Assembly (NCBI GenBank): GCA_002505585.1 | Contig: DAVM01000020.1 | Location: 1 to 54,525 of the forward strand | Direction of reading: 5' to 3' | DNA: 54,525 nt | Source: Candidatus Woesearchaeota archaeon UBA489 | Lineage (GTDB): Archaea > Nanobdellota > Nanobdellia > SCGC-AAA011-G17 > UBA489 | Shown here: positions 48,801 through 54,525 of the stretch, in pieces | Position numbering within the stretch: the stretch's first letter is position 1 | How the letters are laid out: each line of letters opens with the position of its first letter | Notes under the pieces: model-generated | The model's database searches: none | What the model was told of the DNA's origin: nothing | Seen by the model: the letters and a program-made list of their open reading frames with translations, nothing else | Position numbers and translations under genes: made by a program

Positions 48801-51085
48801 CTGAATATTTGGATGATGGTTGGTTTGGTGGTAATCCTGAATTTATTTTTAGGATTTTTTATGGTGAGGAAGAGTTATTTAAGTTACTTGATAGGTATGA
48901 ATTAGTTGTTACAAAGAATAAATATACTGGACCTCTTGCTCCTTCAATAAAACCAGTTATTAAAAGTATTACTCCTTCTATTTTGTTGGATGGTGAGCCT
49001 GCTGTTGTAGAGATAGTTGGAGAGAATTTTGACAAAAATGTTCAAGTGTTTTATCCTACGGTTTCTAAACCAGATCTTATGCATTTGAGAAAAGATAGAG
49101 AAGTAATTTGGGTGTCTGATAAATTATTAAAAGTTGATTTAACAAAGAGTCTTCCTCTTCCTGGCTGGCATTTTAGTTTACTTGTAAGAAATCCTGATAA
49201 ACAGGTGAGTAATCTAGAACCTGTTACTGTATTGCCTAAAGGGATTTTGTTTGTTGTTATGAAGGAGGATGCAAGTACTCCTTCTGGTTTTGAGGCGGAC
49301 ATTCGTGTGGTTAATCCTGATACTGGAAGAAATTATCGTATTCAGACAGCAAAATCTTCTTCTTGGGTTAATTGGGTTGATGATCTTGTTGAACATAATG
49401 GTAGAATTTATGGAGCTATGAGGCCGAACGTTATTCCTGGGACTGTTTCAGAAATTTTTGATATGTTTAGTGATGATCGTGCTGCTAGGCGTGATAGTTC
49501 AACATTTGCTTTAGTGTCTCATGATGGTGAGTTATATGATGCTGGTTTGTATGGTTTTAAGGAAACGTTTGGGAGTGGTTCTATTAGTGGCATGGAGGTT
49601 TATGATATGGTTTCCAATGATGGTAAGTTTTATGCTGCTACAACTACTGGTATTTTTGCAAAGAGTGGTGTTCCTACTAGTGGTAATCTTAAATATCTAT
49701 ATTATATGGTATCTGGTGAAGTGCATACTTTAACAGCGCATAAGGATAAAATTTACTATAGTGAAGGATTTGATATTTTTGTAGATGATGAGCCTATTCC
49801 TCTAAAGAGTAGGGCTGATGAATTAATTGCTTTAGTGTCTTATAATGGTAAATTGTATGATGTAAGTGATAAAATAAGGAACACTGAAACTGATCAGGTT
49901 GTTTTTGATCCTGTTGGTAAGGAAATTTCTGCTGCTTTGTCTTTAGAGAAGCTTTCAAAAGTTGTAGCTCCTTTACCTTCTCCAACCCCTCCAACTCCCG
50001 CTCCTATAACACCATCTCCTAGTGCTACTAAAGAACATGCTTGGGCTTGGTATTATAATGCTAAAAAGTATGAAGTTAAGGTTGATATTCCTGCTGCTTT
50101 AACTGAACGATATTATAAATTAAAGCCACATCCTACTGGTGAGATTGGTGGTGATTACACACCTTATGTGTTGGATTCAGATGATGATGTTGTTATTCGT
50201 GGTATTGCTAGACAAATTTTGGAGATTGCTAACGCTGAAAACATGGATGATTGGCAAAAGTTCTTTTTAGTTTCTTCTTTTGTTAAAGGAAACTTTGCGT
50301 ACCAATTAGATGCTGTTTCCGCTATGTGTTCTGAATATCCTCGTTATCCTTTGGAAATGATTTTGAGTGCTCGTGATAATAAGTTAGGTATTGGTGATTG
50401 TGAGGATGCTGCTATTTTAACTGCTGCTTTGTTGAAAGAATTAGGCTATGATATTTCTATGGTAGTTTTAGGCCCTGTAAAACCTGGTGATGGTGCTCAT
50501 GCTTCTCTTGCTGTGAAGTGTGATGCTCCTTTCCCTCCTGCACATTTTAAGGTTCCTCCTCTTGCTTGGGATTTTGCTGGAAAAAAGTATTGTTATTATG
50601 AAGCGGTTGTTTATTCAAATACTTGTTTAACTGAGTACAAATCTCGTTTCCCTAGTTTGACTGATCTTGGAGCTTATGCTGCTCCTTGTCAATTGAAAAT
50701 TGGGGAGATTTTTGCTGATTTTGCTCGTGAGCTTGATTTAACTAATCCTGAATTAGCACGATTAGTAAGCCCGAAAGCATATCTAAAATCTATTTCAGCC
50801 AATCTTAAATCTGACGGTACTTTTGAGCTTACAATAAAAAACACTGGCTCTGTGATTGCTAAAAATGTTTGGATAAACAAGATCTTTGGAGTAGATGCAA
50901 CTGGTACTCCTACCACTACTCCTCGGAATTCTGCTAAGGTTGATATTCCTGCTGGAGAAGAAAGAAAGCTTGTTATTGGTTTTTCTTCTGCTGAAATTGA
51001 TGTGTTGAAGGCTGCTACCAAAACACGTGTTTTTATTGATGCTGATAATGCGAAAATGTTTCTAGCAGGCTTTAATTTTACTTAA
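42863..51085 (+). CDS. Giant (2740 aa) secreted modular protein: Cys-rich core, IPT/TIG-like domain, beta-propeller-like repeats, transglutaminase-like domain
   Basis: Signal peptide; Cys cluster near 46320-46800; PVIKSITP..VEIVGENF; five LVxHxGxLY-type repeats; YPRYPLE...GDCEDAAILTAALL...HASLAV...YYE. Confidence 0.8.
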   Translation: MRQVFGKRERAVFIILLMFFLPMQQVVAQRSSEFENLKERTKNIPQDFRDQAEVIGGQLNDRFDSGVPGELGTIGEDIILQVKEYQPKIIRSSLLEDQGVFVYALLSGQPTNPTISIPNIKNVVIRRQKVTTNPVGAPVSIGRVRHIKPSRAELSFDNMGYMVIPIRQIPRENDVPDEVLVDVDARIFFDVSEGLTFGPTKDILVEQNKDQWALTKEDHSFYAGFIRVSEISDIGATVALYDNNVNEVRGSPIELKVGQTSRSLSARSEFGYSRTGKIFDRFNLKLDRITALSDKARLIISRDGKVETRTLSEGEFLYPGSSWFIENIITDVRGEEFTVKLRNRNSFGAFGGSASKKLACTDFCELKAKKLKINASLPPVPAKKPKTAVPQDKSLVAYKNIKEKEYDKVVIDLGKGFKDYSSVVKNLEKLRKATSPLTSLATKNLIDNLLKTIQREYNAKRVERQLAINRDNHSIITKDVEVMYEYMLKLNQKLAGDKTRLPSAQKTDASATGLIAYQQAREEYQKVIDGFTSSKDLEIRKHVAKAHWRIANLPGDIVSKDSRIQHLDVLLNNFEVIEYDGFTKQNLEILLKILKSLQLDYQSVSQELSEPSTGEIFSVLLAGAEKASAKLKSRATLTLDGARTNTYIEGEPLLWPETGSPGSIRWNVKEINTRSVIIARADSGETIRINLNAEVDKVPILPGAGNVRKVKLIDTDVKKEAHVTISPVVESAYSEAIFSLHLPIEKRAFDLPLFSDTVEEEIVKTEDLLEDLNEIVENVREITEYWQKICLVTFGVLWAKNFLAGAFGKGNAADARQKVGSMYKEKYAHCQTLDRSDPESCAGKTYEQFVFSKQAEYETAIEQSSKITEGIQNLESSGYYTKQENFPELGKEYNGAKAELYYYEEMSKLHPNDETTKTKVLTLRSQLKHSDLERQFSDVYFEDGRLKTFDELGSNAKGIVGATINYPGLKPARDELISKLSDAEKVKIAEATKNGIFEQHVWNTHGKKLIPYYKESIVKQQLGTYITTDLKKQYSVEQKHLDNLFEAHRIKNVDSALVGNFKHAPSLSFATKGKGKDNVEFVSIDALHYVQVSYRTGGRVEKYELFRRSSPNSQMGHRSDVYLGVVDEQLLTNYRKSGTDDHKSLSKNLDNVRSCISRINKQNSKTKYSRSDKVQTKPIGCSGLGNYVVKNSVQGSDRSCTDFMSPSDCKLLFNACDPVICPTSRCNLGGDWPVENVAETGIIGSALLCLPNFIGVDKDAGVVMPVCLTGIHAGLQNIRSIIEGYRQCLITAKVSGRSVGICDRIRSFGICEVLWKEGMALVSAKEGILGKLIGALSDDDGSGASGGGEYSAFQDTLDNSAESLKFFTQSYAKNTFARYSGGSLPEIGTEICKAAIFRKAPGVGNFFDEVTRPESPPQFNAFFDEVPYSDIGERSLSQYKIFYHVYAGETSGVSPVTYSVWLQSKDPYTNEFIYPPQFLRDSRGIVRGRRLPSGGFASEAPDMILPTGMQEICVEIVTDTYGRRVECGFGKVSTGFALNYVTDKFTQGELNKKINSASECVSKSSTIADAVSERGLVAGVGVGVVGTVSSGFTSTGIVRKCSKVSPGIGGDEAKWSPVGSCGIDDLDRDMGTCWLYVPTAQNLIKQVSARTQFQNTLNETARRVIAEAEKAGSPIPGFEVLEKKEIQTLFDLAKTAREDAIKTNDVAKFVPARKNYNKIRSAYAVDEKFGANAQFFLAETYWEEARILIATNSLVNAAAATIKSMRGVRRITLPHPPVPMAKNSMVEIEIFGTVHKFEVKSMSGGKITLEVRSTPQEFLLKQKDKAIEVDVNGDRKPDITIQYVKDKALNAPGLGEVVAGMVWFKEIKASTPAPKVPKVPKDPKDPKDPTPSTSGKKCTSNGFWADSAGKRLPTKSGSSPEVATGTPVAIVVNAINCNGKTLKVGIEENDDYFDESVSGFPKEIKIDADGTVTKLVPWTTEYLDDGWFGGNPEFIFRIFYGEEELFKLLDRYELVVTKNKYTGPLAPSIKPVIKSITPSILLDGEPAVVEIVGENFDKNVQVFYPTVSKPDLMHLRKDREVIWVSDKLLKVDLTKSLPLPGWHFSLLVRNPDKQVSNLEPVTVLPKGILFVVMKEDASTPSGFEADIRVVNPDTGRNYRIQTAKSSSWVNWVDDLVEHNGRIYGAMRPNVIPGTVSEIFDMFSDDRAARRDSSTFALVSHDGELYDAGLYGFKETFGSGSISGMEVYDMVSNDGKFYAATTTGIFAKSGVPTSGNLKYLYYMVSGEVHTLTAHKDKIYYSEGFDIFVDDEPIPLKSRADELIALVSYNGKLYDVSDKIRNTETDQVVFDPVGKEISAALSLEKLSKVVAPLPSPTPPTPAPITPSPSATKEHAWAWYYNAKKYEVKVDIPAALTERYYKLKPHPTGEIGGDYTPYVLDSDDDVVIRGIARQILEIANAENMDDWQKFFLVSSFVKGNFAYQLDAVSAMCSEYPRYPLEMILSARDNKLGIGDCEDAAILTAALLKELGYDISMVVLGPVKPGDGAHASLAVKCDAPFPPAHFKVPPLAWDFAGKKYCYYEAVVYSNTCLTEYKSRFPSLTDLGAYAAPCQLKIGEIFADFARELDLTNPELARLVSPKAYLKSISANLKSDGTFELTIKNTGSVIAKNVWINKIFGVDATGTPTTTPRNSAKVDIPAGEERKLVIGFSSAEIDVLKAATKTRVFIDADNAKMFLAGFNFT
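48482..48529 (+). repeat. 9-bp tandem repeat encoding PKV-PKV-PKD-PKD-PKD-P linker
   Basis: cctaaagtt cctaaagtt ccaaaggat cctaaagac ccaaaagat cct. Confidence 0.85.
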
Positions 51086-51089
51086 AAAA

Positions 51090-51887
51090 ATGTTGTTCAA
51101 AAAGTCTTTCTTAATTTTGAAGAAGAAGTTTGCTTCTTTGTTTTTGTTAGAGCTTGCTTTTGTTTTTTCTTTGTTATTTTTTTTAGTTTTTGTTAAAGAT
51201 AAGATTAGTGGATATTTAGCTCTTATTCGTGGATTAACTCCTCAGTTGGCTGTTTTGCAGAAGGCTGCTGAAACTAATATTGCTGATGCTACTGCTTTGG
51301 TTGCTTTGTCTGATTTTCAGTCTGTTACTTCTGGTGCTTTGAATTTTGCTTATGTTGTTGTTCCTTTAGTGTTGTTTGTTCTTTGGTGTGTTTTTCAGTC
51401 TTCTTTGTGGTTTTGTTTAAAGAATGAGTCTTTGAAGTCTTTTGGTTCTTTTTTTAAAAAATTTGTTGTTGTTTCTTTAATCCTTTTTGGTCTTTTGTAT
51501 GTTGTTCTTAAGTCTATTCTTAAAGATGTTTTGAGTTCTGGTGCTTTGGACACTTCTTTTGCTCAGATTGTTTTGTTGAGTTTTGTTTTCTTTTATTTTT
51601 CTCTTGTTGCTTTTGCTTGTTTAAGTAAAGATCCTTTAAAGAAGTTTTTCAAAAGATTTTTGTTTATTTCTTTTAAAAGAGTTTTTTCTGTTCTTTTACC
51701 TATTTTCTTATTTTTTAGTTTAGTCTTTGTTGGTTTCGTCTTTTTGTTCGGCCCTCTATTTTTGCAATTTTGGGTTGGTGGTGAAGATCGTGTGATGGTT
51801 GGATTAGTGTTGTATTTGGTTGTTTTAATTGTTGTTTCTCTTTATTTGAAAATCTTCATTAATTTGAAGGTTGCAGAATTAAAATAA
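51090..51887 (+). CDS. Multi-pass membrane protein of unknown function
   Basis: About six Phe/Leu/Val-rich hydrophobic segments; starts 4 nt after the giant ORF. Confidence 0.75.
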   Translation: MLFKKSFLILKKKFASLFLLELAFVFSLLFFLVFVKDKISGYLALIRGLTPQLAVLQKAAETNIADATALVALSDFQSVTSGALNFAYVVVPLVLFVLWCVFQSSLWFCLKNESLKSFGSFFKKFVVVSLILFGLLYVVLKSILKDVLSSGALDTSFAQIVLLSFVFFYFSLVAFACLSKDPLKKFFKRFLFISFKRVFSVLLPIFLFFSLVFVGFVFLFGPLFLQFWVGGEDRVMVGLVLYLVVLIVVSLYLKIFINLKVAELK

Positions 51888-51888
51888 C

Positions 51889-51972
51889 TGCGGGAACTAG
51901 GACTCGAACCTAGGTAAGCACTAAGCTACTGGGTCCTAAACCCAGCCCGTTTGACCACTCCGGCATTCCCGC
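51889..51972 (-). tRNA. tRNA-Leu(UAG)
   Basis: Reverse complement GCGGGAA...CTGGG-TT-TAG-GA-CCCAG, long variable arm, TTCGAGT T loop, TTCCCGC-A; 84 nt. Confidence 0.95.
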
Positions 51973-52079
51973 GTGAATATATGGTTTAAATATGCTTTTA
52001 AAAACATTTGGGATTGTCTTTAAACAACTCATAATTACCTTTTAATTAATACTACTTCTAAGTAATTAAAATAGGAAGC

Positions 52080-52087
52080 TTTATAAA
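52080..52087 (+). promoter_or_regulatory. TATA box of the putative immunity gene
   Basis: AGGAAGC-TTTATAAA ending 23 nt before ATG 52110. Confidence 0.6.
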
Positions 52088-52109
52088 GGGTCTGTAGACT
52101 CTTATATCT

Positions 52110-52442
52110 ATGAATAGCAAATATAAAGCAAGATTTGAAGGTTATACAGCAAGTATTAATTGGCCTGATCCAACTAAACCTAATCCAAATAGTGAAGCAG
52201 CAGATGTTACATTATCTACTCTAGATGGTAGAAAACTAACAGCAAATTTTGTTACTAAGCCTTTCCTTGATTATGTGTTTAGTAAAAATAGTAGAACAGG
52301 AGAATGTGCTTCTGGAACATATTTTTGTATGAAAGATGGTATGATTGTTGTTGAAAAAATTACTGAAAGGACAGTGAAAGCAACTATTGATGATTTAATA
52401 AATAATTATGAAGTTGACTTTCATTTTAAAGAAATTAAATAA
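52110..52442 (+). CDS. Putative polymorphic-toxin immunity protein
   Basis: 110 aa; ADVTLSTLDGRKLTANFVT...TGECASGTYFCMKDGMIVV...IDDLI resembles, from recall, small proteins encoded beside bacterial RHS/LXG toxins; abuts the toxin gene. Confidence 0.6.
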   Translation: MNSKYKARFEGYTASINWPDPTKPNPNSEAADVTLSTLDGRKLTANFVTKPFLDYVFSKNSRTGECASGTYFCMKDGMIVVEKITERTVKATIDDLINNYEVDFHFKEIK

Positions 52443-52445
52443 CTA

Positions 52446-54525
52446 TTACTCTTCATAAATCTCTTGTAATTTATTCATAACTTTATCTTGGTTCGTATCC
52501 TTACCAGATTTTCCAACAATTTCGTAACTAGTTTCGCCAGTTTTGCGATAATAAAGGCGAGCACCATTTCTCCCTCGTAAGTAAAAAATATCTGTTTCTT
52601 TTATATGTCCTGGTTTGCCTAATCCTGCTTCAAAATTTCCTTTTAGTAATTCTTCTGTTAGATGATTCATTTCTCTTTGGATTGCTCCACTTCTAGTTGC
52701 TTCTTCAGCTAAAGAAACAAGGCGCTTATCTTTTTTAATATTGCTGGTTAAAGTAATTTTGTTCAGTGAAGGAGCTGTTTTTGGTGCAGATGAAACAGGA
52801 CTTGCTGCTATTTTTTCTTTTGGGAAAACATAATCCATTACCTCTTGAGGTGATCCACGGCGTACAACATCTCCCTGTACAACAAACATATCATCTACTA
52901 TTTCTCTTCCAGCTTGCTCGTCTAATATAAGAAGTTGCTCTAATTCTTTTCTTGTGGTAATCGTTTGAATCCCTCGATTTCCCCAGCCAACGTCATAAGT
53001 AAAAGCAATTTTCCCATCTGGAGAGATTTCTAAAGCATTACCAGTAGTTGTTCTATGATATTTTGCAAGTTCTTCTGATCCTTTTGCATAGATATTTAGC
53101 TTTTGAAAAGCTTCTAGAGATCTTGGACTAGCTGCTATTAGTTGGGGAATAGTCTCAGGTTGTCCTGCAACTTTTCTTGGCAGTGTCCCTTCAGGTAATG
53201 GTGTTGATCCATAAAATCCTCCATCGATGTATTCTTCTAAATCATAGGCTGTTGTTTTTGCTGGTGAACTTCCAGTTTTTTGTATTAAGGTTAAAGTATC
53301 ACTGCCTTCTTCTAAAATGACATAAGTATATCCTCCAGGGCTTCCTTCTGTTGCTGGATACATGATTTTTTCTATTTTGATTCTTGTCCTTGGTCCACTC
53401 GGTGATGGTATCTCTATCCAATTTTGTCTATATTCTAAAGCGCTTATATCTCCACTAGTTCTTCCCCAACTAGGATAGGGTGTTGCAACACTTGTGCGTA
53501 GAATGTCTTCTGGAGTTTTTGCATCTTTTAATTCTTGAAGTTGAGTTTTTGTTCTTGCAATAAGTTCTGTTTGTTTCTTAACCACTTCACTTTTAAGTGC
53601 TTCATCAAAAACTGCTTTTTTGGAGATTTTGCTTATCTTTTTTCTAGTATCCTCAGATAGAGAACTACTATATCTCAAACCATTTGAAGAATCTTCAAGA
53701 AACTCCTCAAGGATTTCTCTTGGAGTTAATTTCCCGCCAGTTTTGCTGTTATATTTTGGGAAAGATATGCCAGTTTCATAGCTTAATTTCTGTCTTGCGG
53801 AAACCATTTGAGCTTCTGTTCCTCCATCCAGAGCTGCTCTTGCTTTTTGTCTTGCTTTTTCTATGCTAAGAAAGAAAGGAGTGTCACTGACAAATTCTAG
53901 ATTTTGTTGTAGGGCTCTTTTCCTTTGTTTTTTAAGTTTAGACAAGTCCATATGTGCTATTCCTTTTGGATCAAAAGTAGTTAAGATTTCTTTAAAAGGG
54001 TGTAGTGGATGAGTATGAGATGTTATCCTATTTCCTGTTGTTTGTGTTTTTGGCAGTGATAAAACAGTTCCTGGGCTACTAAATTCTTGAGCATTTTGTA
54101 TTCTTTTGGCTAACGAAATAACTTCTTCGTCAGTAAGTTCTTTTAATGGTTTGTTTATGCCCATTGCAGGTAAATTCAGATTAGAGAGGTAATCTTTTTT
54201 TAAAATAGAAATTTGTTCTTTTAAATTTTTAGAGGAAGTGGTCAATAGTTCAGGTTCTAAGCTTCCAGGTTGTGTTTTCGTAAATCCTTTAGTTTTAGTT
54301 AAATCTTCTACTCTTTTTTGGTAATGAACAATTTGAGTACTTGTTTCTTTTAAATTTCCTTGAAATCCTTCTGGTAAACTTCTTTTATCTTGAAGGTAAA
54401 TAACTCTTTCTTCTTTAGGAACTATTTGTGTTGGTTGTTCTATGATTGTAACACTTCCATCAGGATTTCTTTTTATTGTTGTAGGAATAATGCCTCCAAT
54501 CTCTACTTCTCCAGCTCTTGCTCCT
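52446..54525 (-). CDS. Partial large protein (5' end outside window) with C-terminal RelE/HigB-like toxin domain
   Basis: Frame checked by hand and open from 54245 to the window edge (...RAGEVEIGGIIPTTIKRNPDG...). After the linker SPVSSAPKTAPS: LLKGNFEAGLG...IFYLRGRNGARLYYR...YEIVGKSGKDTNQDKVMNKL. Confidence 0.78.
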   Translation of the reverse strand, partial: GARAGEVEIGGIIPTTIKRNPDGSVTIIEQPTQIVPKEERVIYLQDKRSLPEGFQGNLKETSTQIVHYQKRVEDLTKTKGFTKTQPGSLEPELLTTSSKNLKEQISILKKDYLSNLNLPAMGINKPLKELTDEEVISLAKRIQNAQEFSSPGTVLSLPKTQTTGNRITSHTHPLHPFKEILTTFDPKGIAHMDLSKLKKQRKRALQQNLEFVSDTPFFLSIEKARQKARAALDGGTEAQMVSARQKLSYETGISFPKYNSKTGGKLTPREILEEFLEDSSNGLRYSSSLSEDTRKKISKISKKAVFDEALKSEVVKKQTELIARTKTQLQELKDAKTPEDILRTSVATPYPSWGRTSGDISALEYRQNWIEIPSPSGPRTRIKIEKIMYPATEGSPGGYTYVILEEGSDTLTLIQKTGSSPAKTTAYDLEEYIDGGFYGSTPLPEGTLPRKVAGQPETIPQLIAASPRSLEAFQKLNIYAKGSEELAKYHRTTTGNALEISPDGKIAFTYDVGWGNRGIQTITTRKELEQLLILDEQAGREIVDDMFVVQGDVVRRGSPQEVMDYVFPKEKIAASPVSSAPKTAPSLNKITLTSNIKKDKRLVSLAEEATRSGAIQREMNHLTEELLKGNFEAGLGKPGHIKETDIFYLRGRNGARLYYRKTGETSYEIVGKSGKDTNQDKVMNKLQEIYEE

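Noticed and set aside
40560-52109. tRNA-anchored integrated element
   Set aside because: No integrase and no duplicated tRNA 3' end were seen by eye; the giant operon has host-like skew; the toxin pair lies on the 5' side of tRNA-Leu.
53980-54030. HTHP motif as a JAB/MPN metalloprotease domain in the toxin carrier
   Set aside because: No correctly spaced SxxD follows; four residues are insufficient evidence.
54243-54245. TTG start assigned to the toxin-bearing ORF
   Set aside because: The frame has no stop up to base 54525, so the true start is outside the window.

Overview
AT-rich, densely packed archaeal chromosome segment. Compactness, gene content and an RRGQ class-III-signal protein suggest a DPANN lineage, probably Woesearchaeota/Pacearchaeota-like (inference). 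Most of the window is housekeeping: serS, topA, radB, cdc48, map, sua5, fen, trm5, htpX, SSB, rfcL/S, ileS, tbp, mcm, RPA2-like, aIF-2beta, aIF-1A, Dim2-like KH, top6B/A and three tRNAs (Thr-UGU, Val-GAC with a D-loop insertion, Leu-UAG). Selfish elements are a 418-aa LAGLIDADG intein in the Walker A of a HerA-like ATPase and a free-standing LAGLIDADG gene. The most interesting content faces outward: (1) a large, 5'-truncated protein ending in a RelE/HigB-like toxin domain, tail-to-tail with a 110-aa immunity-like gene that has its own promoter; (2) a membrane-anchored Amidase_2 peptidoglycan hydrolase with intact catalytic residues and no phage context; (3) an operon of wHTH, class-III-signal protein, a 2740-aa modular secreted protein ending in a transglutaminase-like domain, and a membrane protein; (4) two otherwise dissimilar surface proteins sharing a Cys-patterned C-terminal module. 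Together these suggest a cell-contact or antagonism toolkit partly aimed at bacteria (hypothesis). Also seen: G/T-versus-A/C strand skew independent of gene direction, widespread leaderless promoters, and a 51-nt hairpin in a long 5' leader. All family calls are from motif recognition by eye; no searches were run.
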